From Congzhengia sp. (GTDB lineage: Bacteria; Bacillota; Clostridia; UBA1381; UBA9506): DNA of 64,000 nt. Every line of letters begins with the position of its first letter. The first letter of the stretch is position 1. The DNA lies in assembly GCA_045576635.1 (NCBI GenBank), contig JAZNGT010000038.1, positions 1 to 64,000 of the forward strand. Reading direction: 5' to 3'. The notes beneath the pieces are model-generated. The model was not told the origin of the DNA. It was given only the letters and a program-made list of their open reading frames with translations, and made no database searches. The translations under genes and the position numbers were made by a program. Positions 1 through 10,100 of this stretch are shown here, one piece after another.

Positions 1-65
1 TTTGTCCGCTTTGTTTGTATATATGACGAAAAAGAGTACATACTAATTTCGTCAAAACTTCATAT

Positions 66-141
66 TCCTCTATAGCTCAGTCGGTAGAGCGCATGACTGT
101 TAATCATGATGTCGCTGGTTCGAGCCCAGCTGGAGGAGCCA
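66..141 (+). tRNA. tRNA-Asn (anticodon GTT)
   Basis: 76-nt cloverleaf. The 7-bp acceptor stem TCCTCTA/TGGAGGA has one G-U pair. D-arm is GCTC..GAGC. Anticodon stem is CATGA/TCATG with loop CTGTTAA, giving anticodon GTT. T-arm is GCTGG-TTCGAGC-CCAGC, discriminator G, encoded CCA. Confidence 0.85.
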
Positions 142-190
142 AAGCTAAGAGCTTATGCCAAATGCATAGGCTCTTAGCTTTTTCTTTTGT
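142..190 (+). terminator. rho-independent terminator after tRNA-Asn
   Basis: Long hairpin AAGCTAAGAGCTTATGC-CAAA-TGCATAGGCTCTTAGCTT followed by TTTTTCTTTT. Confidence 0.6.
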
Positions 191-510
191 ACTCTTATCT
201 CTTCACTTTTCTCTAAAAATTGTCGTTTCCAGAGAATAGATAAAAGAGAAGAGAGAAAAGAAATGGTCGTTTTGTTTAATGAAAGCTTGTTTTTTTATAT
301 TGCGTATGATTCTGCTTTGCAAAGGAAGAGATACACTAAAAGGTGTCTCTTTGTTTGTTGTTTTATATAGCCTGTATTAACTGTGGTAGAACTTTACGCA
401 CAATATTGACATATTCTAACTTTTCTAGTATAATTAACATATATTTTATAGTGTAATGTTGCATAAAATCACGATTTCTATGAATAAGTTTTCAATATGG
501 AGGAATTATT

Positions 511-1812
511 ATGGCAATTGTTGATGTAATAAAATATGACGGCAATCCTGACGTGTTCGCATGGAAGTATCCTAATAGCGAATTAGGAACATGGACTCAG
601 TTGATTGTAAATGAATCACAGGAAGCTATTTTACTTAAGGGCGGGCAGATTTGCGATATTTTTGGTGCAGGAAGACACACTTTAGATACTGCCAACATAC
701 CAATTCTAAATAAATTGATAAATCTTCCATTCGGTGGTCGTTCGCCGTTCAGTGCCGAAGTATGGTATATAAACAAAGTTTTTTCTCTTGATGTAAAATG
801 GGGCACTTCTACACCGATCCAATTACAAGATCCTAAATACAAGGTTTTTGTGCCTGTGAGAGCTTTTGGTCAGTTTGGTATTCAGATAGAAGACTCCTAC
901 AAGTTTTTATTAAAACTTGTAGGAACTCTTGCACAGTTTGACAAAAATTCTATTTTGAAATTCTTTAGAGGCGTATATCTTACAAAAGCAAAGGATGTTA
1001 TATCTTCTTATTTGGTTCATAAAAATATCAGCGTGTTGGAAATCAACGCATATCTTGATGAAATGTCCACATATTTGCGGGAAAAGATTTCACCAACATT
1101 TGAACAATACGGAATAAAATTGGTTTCTTTCTTTGTTAATGATATAAATGTTCCTGAAGATGACAAGGCAGTTGTTCAACTTAAGAATGCACTTGCAAAA
1201 AGGGCAGAAATGGATATTGTTGGGTATAGTTATCAGCAGGAACGCTCATTTGATACTTTGGAAGGTGCTGCTACAAATCCTAATTCAATGCAAGGAGGAT
1301 TAATGGGAGCCGGAATAGGTTTAGGAATGGGTGTCGGCGTAGGTGGCGTCGTTGGTCAGCAGTTTGGTGGATTGACACAGAATTTGAATACAAATGACAC
1401 TAAGGAATGTCCAAAATGTAAAGCAAGAATCGGAGTAAATGAAAAATTTTGTAATCATTGTGGTTTTGATACTACATCAGAGCCGTCAAATGATGAGTCA
1501 ACAAGTAAAACAATAAAATGTTCGTCTTGTAATGCAGACATAACAGAAGATACAAAATTCTGTCCCGAGTGCGGAAATAAATATAACCCCTGCAGTAATT
1601 GTAAGGCGGATATACCGGACGGAGCTGCAGATTGTCCTGTATGTGGAACCAAGGGTCCCTCTCTTTGCCCGGGTTGTGGAAAAATGTTGAGTGGAAACAG
1701 CAAATTCTGTCCCGAATGTGGGTATTCCTTAGTTAAAGAATGTAAAAACTGTGGAAACAAAATAGAAGGAGACGAGAAATTCTGTCCTGATTGTGGAACA
1801 AAAATAGAATAG
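511..1812 (+). CDS. SPFH/Band-7-like (Band_7_1, YdjI-like) domain protein fused to five C-terminal zinc-ribbon repeats
   Basis: GGAGG RBS 7 nt upstream of the ATG. The N-terminal ~230 aa resemble the SPFH-like YdjI family. The C-terminal third has five tandem Cx2C...(F)CPxCG modules (CPKCK..CNHCG, CSSCN..CPECG, CSNCK..CPVCG, CPGCG..CPECG, CKNCG..CPDCG), separated by a Gly-rich linker. Confidence 0.6.
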   Translation: MAIVDVIKYDGNPDVFAWKYPNSELGTWTQLIVNESQEAILLKGGQICDIFGAGRHTLDTANIPILNKLINLPFGGRSPFSAEVWYINKVFSLDVKWGTSTPIQLQDPKYKVFVPVRAFGQFGIQIEDSYKFLLKLVGTLAQFDKNSILKFFRGVYLTKAKDVISSYLVHKNISVLEINAYLDEMSTYLREKISPTFEQYGIKLVSFFVNDINVPEDDKAVVQLKNALAKRAEMDIVGYSYQQERSFDTLEGAATNPNSMQGGLMGAGIGLGMGVGVGGVVGQQFGGLTQNLNTNDTKECPKCKARIGVNEKFCNHCGFDTTSEPSNDESTSKTIKCSSCNADITEDTKFCPECGNKYNPCSNCKADIPDGAADCPVCGTKGPSLCPGCGKMLSGNSKFCPECGYSLVKECKNCGNKIEGDEKFCPDCGTKIE

Positions 1813-1825
1813 AGGAGACACGGAT

Positions 1826-2278
1826 ATGTTGAAAAACTCAAAAACAATTTTTTTGATTAGTGGTGCAGCTTCGATAGTTGCAACAATATTATTTTACTTA
1901 CTAATATTTGATAACATTTTTACAGTTTCAATGAGATGGGTTTCCCTTATGTTTTTAATTATTGCAGAATGTATTGGAACCGTAAAAGCACTTAGTATAA
2001 AAAAGTCGATATTTGGAGTTGCAAATATTGCAATCAGCTTGTTTCATTCACTTGTAGTGCTATTACTGTCAATTGTATTCGTAAATGCTTTCCCGTTTTC
2101 CGTTAAAGCATATATCTTGTGGAATTTGCTTTCATTAGGAATTATGGTTGTGGTTGATGTAATCATAATCTATTTTGGCGGATATGTGGAATCAAAGAAT
2201 AACAAATCGCCTGAAAGCCGGGCTGTTTCAGATGGCTTAGACACGAAAGAAAAAAGCGCTAAAAGAGGAAAGTATTAA
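1826..2278 (+). CDS. small integral membrane protein, hypothetical (possible YdjH-like partner)
   Basis: GAGGAG RBS. Four predicted hydrophobic helices and a Lys-rich C-terminal tail. Starts 14 nt after the previous stop. Confidence 0.45.
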   Translation: MLKNSKTIFLISGAASIVATILFYLLIFDNIFTVSMRWVSLMFLIIAECIGTVKALSIKKSIFGVANIAISLFHSLVVLLLSIVFVNAFPFSVKAYILWNLLSLGIMVVVDVIIIYFGGYVESKNNKSPESRAVSDGLDTKEKSAKRGKY

Positions 2279-2317
2279 AAAACGATAAGAATGGTAATAA
2301 GTGCAGGAGGTAAAGAT

Positions 2318-2806
2318 ATGAAAGGCTGGGGAATAGGGTTATTTATATTTGGAGCAATAGGTTTTGTAGGATGTGCATCTGATTTTGATTTAGGTGGATG
2401 TGTAGTAGCTGCCGTATTCATATTGGGCGGATTGGCGTTGATAACTAAGGCGAAAAAGGGTCGTAAAGAAGCAGAAAGAATGAAACAGTATATTTCTATT
2501 ATTGTTAATGGAAATGTGCGCAGTTTAGATGAAATTGCATCTACTACAGGAAAATCCTATGATGCTGTTCGTAGTGATGTAGAAATCCTGATCAACAAAG
2601 GCTATTTAGAAGAAGCATATATAAATGAAAGTACACGAGAAGTTGTTTTGCCTGAATTTGATAAGTATTCAAATTTGCAAAAAAGCCAAAGCACAACATC
2701 AACAAAAGCGTCGGCAAGGGTGATTGCGTGTCCTTCTTGCGGTGCAAAAAATACAATTGCAGGTGATGTAGGGGAATGCGAATACTGCGGTTCTTCTTTA
2801 AAATGA
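2318..2806 (+). CDS. membrane-anchored protein with C-terminal zinc ribbon, hypothetical
   Basis: Internal ATG at 2318 has a GCAGGAGG RBS. Two N-terminal TM helices, a central soluble region, and a C-terminal CPSCG...CEYCG zinc ribbon. Confidence 0.45.
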   Translation: MKGWGIGLFIFGAIGFVGCASDFDLGGCVVAAVFILGGLALITKAKKGRKEAERMKQYISIIVNGNVRSLDEIASTTGKSYDAVRSDVEILINKGYLEEAYINESTREVVLPEFDKYSNLQKSQSTTSTKASARVIACPSCGAKNTIAGDVGECEYCGSSLK

Positions 2807-2949
2807 TATTGAATAAGCGAATAAACATTTGTTTTGTATGAGGAATATACAAATGACGCGAATTATAATATATAGAATAATGCATTGCAAAAGGTTAATT
2901 TTTGTGGCATAATAAGTATAGCAAATGTTTTATGAAAAGGGATAAAACT

Positions 2950-3285
2950 ATGAAAAAATTATTAGCTATTTTATTGTCACTCACATTGGTGCTATCATTA
3001 GCTGCATGTGGCGAAAAAGTTGAAGTAACACCAGACTATGATGTTGTTGCATTTGAGCAAGCACTCAATAATGGGGAGAATCTTACTGGTAAAACTGTGG
3101 TGGTTACAGTAAATGAACTTGTCCCAAATAGTGCGTTTGGATACAACATTCAAGCCGGAGAACATTTGAACTTTTGCTCTCCGGATAACCCCAATGTTAA
3201 AGTTGGTGATACAATAACAGTAAAAGTGGGAGAAGTAACATCAATGCTTGGTTCATATGTTATTAGTTATGAAATAGTAAAATAG
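2950..3285 (+). CDS. small secreted lipoprotein, hypothetical
   Basis: MKKLLAILLSLTLVLSLAACG lipobox signal peptide. The start was chosen at the MKK internal to ORF-track entry 2902..3285. Confidence 0.5.
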   Translation: MKKLLAILLSLTLVLSLAACGEKVEVTPDYDVVAFEQALNNGENLTGKTVVVTVNELVPNSAFGYNIQAGEHLNFCSPDNPNVKVGDTITVKVGEVTSMLGSYVISYEIVK

Positions 3286-3336
3286 TAGCCCGTATCTATT
3301 TCACTAATAAACTTGTCATCTAAACCATTCGGCTCT

Positions 3337-3380
3337 TCCAAAATTAAGAGTACACACCAACGGTGCGTACTCTTAATTTT
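3337..3380 (+). terminator. rho-independent terminator
   Basis: AAGAGTACACACC-AACGGTG-CGTACTCTT hairpin followed by AATTTTTTTG. A second hairpin plus T-run follows at about 3411-3460. Confidence 0.55.
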
Positions 3381-3450
3381 TTTGTTCTTTTTGTTGGTCG
3401 CATCAACGATAAAGAAGAACCACGCAAAGCGTGATTCTTCTTTTGATTTA

Positions 3451-3660
3451 TTATTTTTTCGATAAATCCAGCAAATCATCAGCGGATATATTAAAAAATA
3501 TACATATTTCCTTTATATCTTCTATGCTGGGCTCATATTTATTATTCTCAATATATGAGATTTTTCTTTGCGTCATATTCAGTTGTTTACCTAGTTCGGC
3601 TTGTGTAAGGTCTAAGTCTTCTCGTAAATTTTTTATTTTCTCGCCAAGTGATAGAGTCAT
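3451..3660 (-). CDS. XRE-family (Cro/CI-type) HTH transcriptional regulator
   Basis: 69-aa protein. LTQAELGKQLNMTQRKISYIENNKYEPSIEDIKEI is a classic HTH_3 motif. The GAGGTG RBS precedes the MTLSL start. Divergent from the 3790 gene. Confidence 0.7.
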   Translation of the reverse strand: MTLSLGEKIKNLREDLDLTQAELGKQLNMTQRKISYIENNKYEPSIEDIKEICIFFNISADDLLDLSKK

Positions 3661-3789
3661 ACAAAACACCTCGCATTGATAATATCATAGATAGAAACTT
3701 TCTATTGACATATAGACGCAAACTGTCTATAATGGACTTATGATATTCCAATGTGGATGATTTTATTAAAACGAGGAGAGTATCAAGAA

Positions 3790-4023
3790 ATGAACATAAA
3801 AGTTGAACTTCTAAAAAATCACATATCTGACTTCATAACACAAAAACTCGAAGATTTCGAACTTGATGCAGGAAAAATTGCTGATACAACTGCGATTAAG
3901 ATGCTATCCGAAATTCAAACGATAATTAAGAATGATAATCATTCCGATTTTGAGGCAATCGAAGAGATTGTGTGTATATTTGAAAAATATAAAATAGACT
4001 TTGGCTCACGGCATGATTTTTAA
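3790..4023 (+). CDS. conserved 77-aa small protein (C-terminal SDFEAIEEIV..FEKY..G.RHDF), unknown function
   Basis: AGGAGAG RBS 8 nt upstream of the internal ATG. About 45% identical to the 77-aa product of 40888..41121. No signal peptide or TM segment. Confidence 0.5.
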   Translation: MNIKVELLKNHISDFITQKLEDFELDAGKIADTTAIKMLSEIQTIIKNDNHSDFEAIEEIVCIFEKYKIDFGSRHDF

Positions 4024-4035
4024 TGTATTTACATA

Positions 4036-4070
4036 AAAAAAGGACGCCCCTCTTGGCGTCCTTTTTCTTG
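4036..4070. terminator. bidirectional intrinsic terminator
   Basis: AGGACGCC-CCTCTT-GGCGTCCT hairpin with A-run on the left and T-run on the right. It sits between convergent genes. Confidence 0.5.
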
Positions 4071-4085
4071 TTTTATGTGAGATGT

Positions 4086-4736
4086 TTAGTTTTCGGTTTC
4101 TTCCGGTGTAGCGTCGATGATCATTTCAGGGTCGGTTGCAATGTTTGTAGCAACCGGCTTTAAACTCTGATATGCATTTGCGAACGTAGCGTTCATATAT
4201 GGCATAACCCAAATGAATGCAATACCAAACGTAATTCCACCCAAAAGAATCCAGCCGATAAACGATAAGTTCAAAACAAAGAGGTCCATTTTGTGACCGT
4301 CTGTCATTGCTTTTGACTCGTTAATACATTCAAGTGCGCTTTTTCCTTTGTTTTCAGCAAGGATATACATCGCCATTGAGTAAGAAACACTTTTGACAAT
4401 ACCCGGAATCACAAAAAGAAGTGACCATAAAAACGTAAAAAGGCCAACCAGGAAATTTACCTTAAATGCTGACCAGAAATCATCAAATCCGCAAAAGGCA
4501 TCTCCGGCAGCAGGATTTGTGTTTTTCGTTAAATTCAAATAAATACGAAATGTACTTAATGCAAATGCCGGTGTAACAATAATTGCAGCAGCCAACCCGC
4601 CAACAATCGGAACGAGTGATAATACAAAAGAAGCAAGTCCCGAAATTACCGCGATAATCAGAGATATCACAAAAAGCATACCTATTTTACCCCTGATTTG
4701 TTGTTTTGCTTTTGTTTTTAATTCTGCTCTGTTCAT
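4086..4736 (-). CDS. DUF975-family integral membrane protein
   Basis: About 216 aa with 5-6 TM segments. Architecture and length are typical of DUF975 (YciC-like) membrane proteins. The ATG at 4734-4736 is preceded by GGAGTG. Confidence 0.5.
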   Translation of the reverse strand: MNRAELKTKAKQQIRGKIGMLFVISLIIAVISGLASFVLSLVPIVGGLAAAIIVTPAFALSTFRIYLNLTKNTNPAAGDAFCGFDDFWSAFKVNFLVGLFTFLWSLLFVIPGIVKSVSYSMAMYILAENKGKSALECINESKAMTDGHKMDLFVLNLSFIGWILLGGITFGIAFIWVMPYMNATFANAYQSLKPVATNIATDPEMIIDATPEETEN

Positions 4737-4766
4737 ATACAAAACACTCCTTTTGTAGTATGTGGT

Positions 4767-4925
4767 TTAGGCGTCGGATTTTGGTTTTTTGTTGGACATA
4801 TGCGTTTTCAAAATAATATTTATATATTGAGATAACGAACGGTCGTCTTTTTCCGCAAGGATTCTTAAACTTTCAAGAATATCGCTGTCAATTGTTATGC
4901 TTATTTTTTCTTTCAATGGTTTCAA
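4767..4925 (-). CDS. ribbon-helix-helix (CopG/Arc-like) small DNA-binding protein, TTG start
   Basis: 52-aa ORF found by hand; it is not in the ORF track. Sequence: LKPLKEKISITIDSDILESLRILAEKDDRSLSQYINIILKTHMSNKKPKSDA. It has a beta-strand followed by two helices with the typical RHH spacing. GAGGTGA RBS. It lies 30 nt upstream of, and is co-oriented with, the DUF975 gene. Confidence 0.45.
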   Translation of the reverse strand: MKPLKEKISITIDSDILESLRILAEKDDRSLSQYINIILKTHMSNKKPKSDA

Positions 4926-5179
4926 TGCAATCACCTCTTAATAATTATATACTTAAATCGCATATTGTATTGACAAATCGTGCAAAGTAGGATAAAATAC
5001 TACCGATGAATGTCGACAAATTTGTTATGATGTACTTTAAAAAGGGGTGTCGCAGCATTTGAAACCGTACGTTTTGGCGTGTGGTTTCAGCTACGCACTT
5101 TTTGCTTTTTTGTGTTTCGGATGCAAAACTTGTCGACAAAAAACACGCAAAAAGAGAGGCGCAAAAGGCTAGAAACTCT

Positions 5180-5208
5180 TGACAAAAACGCCAAAAAGCG
5201 CTATAATG
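5180..5208 (+). promoter_or_regulatory. sigma70-type promoter upstream of acyl-CoA synthetase
   Basis: TTGACA - 17 nt - TATAAT (cttgacaaaaacgccaaaaagcgctataatg). Confidence 0.55.
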
Positions 5209-5382
5209 TAATCAAGTGTTTTTATATCTATAAAATACAAAAGAAGTACATACAAAAAGGAATCGCGCAACGGGCTTGCGGGGGCAAGGATTTCGTTTGG
5301 AATTTCACAATTTTTACGGTAAAAAACGAACAATTGTGGAAGATAAATGTTTCGGTTCCTTTAAGAAGAAAGGGGATGTCGC

Positions 5383-7116
5383 ATGCAGGATATGACGGGG
5401 AAAAAACCATCGGCATTCAAACCATGGCTTAAACACTACAGCGACGAAGCGCTTTCGGACACGATGCCAAAGTGTTCGGCTTATCAATATTTGAAAAACG
5501 CAAATGAACAGTATCCCGACCAGGTTGCGCTGCATTACTATGGTACGGATATAAAATATAAAGAATTTTTTGAACAAATCGACAGATGCGCAGATGCGTT
5601 TTGTACGCTTGGCGTAAAAGAGGGAGAGGTTGTATCGATTCTCTCGGTTGCGGTTCCGGAAACGGTGATTGCAATTTATGCGCTTAACAAAATCGGGGCA
5701 ACGGCAAACACCATTGACCCAAGAATGGACGTAAACAGCATTCAGCGTATGGTCACAGAATCACACTCTAAGGTTTTGGTTACACTGGACCTTGCGTTTG
5801 CTAAGGTGCGTCGCATACAGGAAGAAATTGCGCAGGAACATATAATTGTTCAGCCGGTTTTCAGGTCCCTTCCGTACGTTGCGCGTCTTTATAAAAAGAT
5901 GACAACGAAAATTCCTGTAAAATACGGCGGCGAAGTGATTTCGTGGGACGATTTTATGAAGCACGCAAACGTCGGCTGTGCAAAAGAAGCGCCTTACAGG
6001 GGCGACGCAACGGTTGCCATTACATACACCGGCGGTACCACCGGCTTCCCCAAGGGCGTAATGATTACAAATGACAGTATGAACGCGGTTGCTTTTAACT
6101 TTAAGCATTCCAGCATTTCCGTTAAGCGAAAACAAAAATTTCTGGGTATCATCCCCGTGTTTGCTTCATATGGTTTGGTGTGCGGTCTGCATATGCCGCT
6201 TACAATCGGCCTTACGATGATCTTGATTCCAAACTTCCAGCCACACAAGATGGGAAAACTTGTAAAAAAATTCAGACCGCAGCATATGATAAGTGTGCCG
6301 GCGTTTTACGAGATTTTAATGGAAAGTGACGAAGTGAAAAACCTTGACTTGTCGTTTTTGATTACGATGGGCTCGGGCGGAGACACGATGAACGAAGGGC
6401 TTGAAGCAAAGCTTCATAACTTTATGAAAGAACACAACATGCACCGTCCGCTTGCGCAGGGGTACGGAATGAGTGAGCTTTCCGCCGCAGTTTCGTTCTG
6501 TGCAGAAGATGTGTATAAACCAGGCAGCGTGGGAATTCCTTCGCTTACCACTACCGTGGGTATTTTTAAACCCGACACCTTTGAAGAACTTGACCTTTCA
6601 GAAGAAGGTGAGATTTGTGTAAAAGGTCCCTCTGTTATGAAGGGATATTACAATAACCAGAAAGAAACCGACAACGTGATGCGTAAGCACCCCGACGGCG
6701 AGTACTGGATTCATTCGGGCGACATCGGATATTTAGATGAAGACGGCTTTTTATATGTCAACGGACGTATTAAAAGAATGATTACACGATTTGATGGGCA
6801 CAAGATATTCCCCGTTAACATCGAAACGCTCGTTTCGGAGCATCCGAATGTAAGAAACTGCTGTGCAATCGGAATCCCCGACAGAACGCATGGACAGGGC
6901 GAGGTTCCGCTTGTTTTGGCAACCTTAACAGAATGTGACAAGGATGCCGTTTTAAAAGAAATCTTTGCCACCTGCGACAGAGAACTTGAAGAAAGAGGAA
7001 AGCCTGTTGCAATTATAGGAGTTGACGAAATTCCGCTTACCGGTATGGGTAAAAACGATTATCGTACACTCGAAAAACAATATAAAGATTTTGATTATAC
7101 AATAATCAAACAATAA
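5383..7116 (+). CDS. AMP-dependent synthetase/ligase (long-chain fatty acid-CoA ligase family)
   Basis: AMP-binding signature TYTGGTTGFPKGVMIT. Conserved GYGMSE and GDIGYLDEDGFLYVNGRIKRMI motifs. 577 aa. Confidence 0.8.
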   Translation: MQDMTGKKPSAFKPWLKHYSDEALSDTMPKCSAYQYLKNANEQYPDQVALHYYGTDIKYKEFFEQIDRCADAFCTLGVKEGEVVSILSVAVPETVIAIYALNKIGATANTIDPRMDVNSIQRMVTESHSKVLVTLDLAFAKVRRIQEEIAQEHIIVQPVFRSLPYVARLYKKMTTKIPVKYGGEVISWDDFMKHANVGCAKEAPYRGDATVAITYTGGTTGFPKGVMITNDSMNAVAFNFKHSSISVKRKQKFLGIIPVFASYGLVCGLHMPLTIGLTMILIPNFQPHKMGKLVKKFRPQHMISVPAFYEILMESDEVKNLDLSFLITMGSGGDTMNEGLEAKLHNFMKEHNMHRPLAQGYGMSELSAAVSFCAEDVYKPGSVGIPSLTTTVGIFKPDTFEELDLSEEGEICVKGPSVMKGYYNNQKETDNVMRKHPDGEYWIHSGDIGYLDEDGFLYVNGRIKRMITRFDGHKIFPVNIETLVSEHPNVRNCCAIGIPDRTHGQGEVPLVLATLTECDKDAVLKEIFATCDRELEERGKPVAIIGVDEIPLTGMGKNDYRTLEKQYKDFDYTIIKQ

Positions 7117-7146
7117 TAAATATATATAACAATAGGAGGATTTGTT

Positions 7147-10100
7147 ATGAAAAAACAACATTTTGGACGCGCGTTGATCGCGTGCATGCTTTCAGTTGTA
7201 ATGCTGCTTGGCATGTGTGCAACAACGTTTGCAGTTCCGGCAGCAGGCGGTGACACGATTAACTACGTGTCATTGGGGGACTCCATGACGAACGGCTATT
7301 GCTTTGATGGATATAATCAGGGTGATGATTTGGCTGACTTCATTAACCAAAACGATAATGGGGTCTATGGCGATGCAGCATATCCTGAATTGATAGCTGA
7401 GTGGCTCGAAGAAACCTATTCAACAGTAAACCACACAAGACTTGCCCCATCTGCTATGAGAGCAGAAGACCTTTTATATCTTCTCGGTGGCGTTAATGAG
7501 CCTGCAGATGACTGGTATGGACAAGTTGAAAATTACACAAACTGCAGCGATTATGAAGCGCTTTCTCAGTTCTTTACAGAAAGCGTGGAAGAAGCTGACC
7601 TCATCACAATGGGAATAGGTAATGCATCATTTGGCGCATTCCTTCTCCAGCATGTAACAGATGCTATCGGTGTTATGGGTAACGCACCCGACATTGACCC
7701 TGATATTACTCTTGCAAATGCACTTGCTATGCTTGATGCAGAGCAGCAGGGAGTTGTTATGCAGGCGTATGAGTATCTTGCAGAAGAACTTGGCAAGTAT
7801 ATTTCTTATGAAATGGCAGCGGAATTTAACATTCCTGCCGTTCTTGATATCACAGCTTATACAGCAGCAAGTTTCATTCTCAATTATAAGGGTGTTATTG
7901 AACGTATCGTAGAACTTAACCCTGATGTAGAAATCATCCTTGTTGGTTTAATGAATACAACCTATGGTATGACAATTACTGCTGACGGCATGGACCCAAT
8001 TCCATTTGGAGATATAATGGACAGCGTTTTTGGCATTCTTAATGCTTACATCGCAGGTCTTCCTGCAGCATTGCAGGCAGCAGGTAATTTCGAGGACGCT
8101 GAATTCTACTATGCTGACATTGATGAAATAGAATTTATCGTTCAGAAGTTTGATGATTTAAAAGAAGCAGATTGGGCTTCTTTAGATGGACTTTCCGGTT
8201 ACACTGTTCGCTCAAGAACAATCAAATCTTTTAATGGAAGCTTGCTCCCACTTATTAGCGGTGCTTTCTCGGATTATCTCAATTCAACTTTCGCTGGTTT
8301 ACTTGGAGCTTATTATGATGGTTGTTTTGCTGATGGTCTTCCTGCGGCTACTATTGAAGATATTGAAACTTTTGAGGGACTTACTTTCGGAGGAACAACT
8401 GACGACTGGATGACTGCTATTGGTGCTGGTCTAAGTTTAGATGAGACTACTTCTGCTGCTATTTATCTTGCAGTTGAAGATGCTCTTGCAGCAAGCGTTG
8501 GAGAAATGAACATTCCTCTTGATGACCTTATGAGCATTGCAGGTAGTCTATCTGGAATTTTTGAAGGTCTAGATGTAGATGGTTCTTCTCCTGCAATCCT
8601 TAGAGAAGGTTTGGCTACATACCTTTCAGCTCCTGAATTTGTTCCGCTTTGTAAAATATATTCACTCTTCAAGATTGGTGATGGCATGAGTGTTCATCCT
8701 ACACCTGTTGCACACGCTGAACTTGCAGAGAACATTATTGCAGCTTACGAAGAAGGACACACAGCCCTTGACGAAACAATCGAGAATGCGAAAGAAGCAT
8801 TTGAAATTGCAAAAGACTTTATTTTAGACTATGTTGACGAAGCATACGCAGAAGCTTATACAAAAGCAGACGAAGCAGGCTATATTGCTGATGCAGAAGC
8901 TGCAATTGACACAGCAATCGCAGCTGTTTTGGCACTTGATGTTTCTGAAATAGAAATGACAGATGCATTCAAGGCGTTGCTCGAAGAAGAAGTGATGGCT
9001 GTTGTTGCAACATTGCAAGAAGCAAAAGCAGCGCTTAATGAAGATAAAGCAGCTAGCGTTAGCGGTGCGATAGATGCGGTAGCAGCACTTGGCGATGACC
9101 TCTTTACACATCTTGCAGGCGCAGGCGCTCTCCTTGACCAGGCAGGTTTTGATATAGAAACACTTGTTGTTCCTGTTGTTGATGCATATGTAGATTCTTT
9201 GCTCCAAACCGCAAAAGACTACTTACCTGACATCACAATTGATGATATTAAAGACGCACTCGGCGGCTACGTTGACGGTATCAAGGAAAAAGTAGATAAC
9301 TACCTTGATGAAATTAAAAATGAAGCAAACGATTACGTTAACGACCTGAAAGCAGATGCATTAAAGGCACTTGCAAATGCAGGTCACAAGCATTACGAAG
9401 TAGTAGCAGGCAGCAAATATGTTGCAATCGGTGGCGATACCGCTTTCGGAACCGCGCTCACCTATCCCAACAAGCCCTACTACGCATTGGTTGGCGAAGC
9501 ATACGGCATCGCAAACAGTGCTGTTGCAGAAGCAAACCTTGTTCCCGCAAACGCACTTGACCTTATCACAAGCAATGCAGCAGAAATCGCATCTGCTGAC
9601 CTTATTACCTATCAGATCGATGCAAGCAGCTTTATCTATGCAACACTTATGGAAACAGCTGACTGGGATAAATACATTGATGCTGAAACAAGAGCAATCA
9701 TTGACGAAGTATTAGAAGAGACAGAAAACGTTCTCACAACAAACTGGGCAGCATATGCAGACGCAGAGCTTGCAGAACTCATTCCGCAGGTAAAAGCAAA
9801 AGTTTTAGCTATCGTGCCCGAAGAAGTAACAGAGGCAGAAGCAATCTTCGATGCTGCAATCGAATTTGCAGTACCGTATATCAGAAATGCGATTGCCGCT
9901 GCAGAAACAAAGAAAAATGACATTGTTTCTGAAATCGAATCCATCGACGATACAGTTTTACAGTATGCTGAAAACCTTGCTTATGCAGTTGTTGCTTACG
10001 CAGTAGAAACTGCAAAAGCAATCGAAGCAATCGAAACCATCAACCCCGATGCAACACTTCTTGTAGTTGGTATGTATAACCCCATTCAGGGACTTCAGAT

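Noticed and set aside
5079-5674. Small ORFs around the acyl-CoA ligase start (5079..5432 +, 5228..5416 -, 5314..5577 -, 5429..5674 -)
   Set aside because: They overlap the promoter/5'UTR or the 5' end of a strongly supported gene, and have no RBS or homology.
8824-9944. Antisense ORFs inside the 1331-aa surface protein gene (8824..9207 -, 9636..9944 -, 9419..9715 +)
   Set aside because: These are shadow ORFs of a long gene with strong coding features. Their translations are low complexity (Cys/Phe/Ile-rich or Ala/Ser-rich) and they have no RBS.
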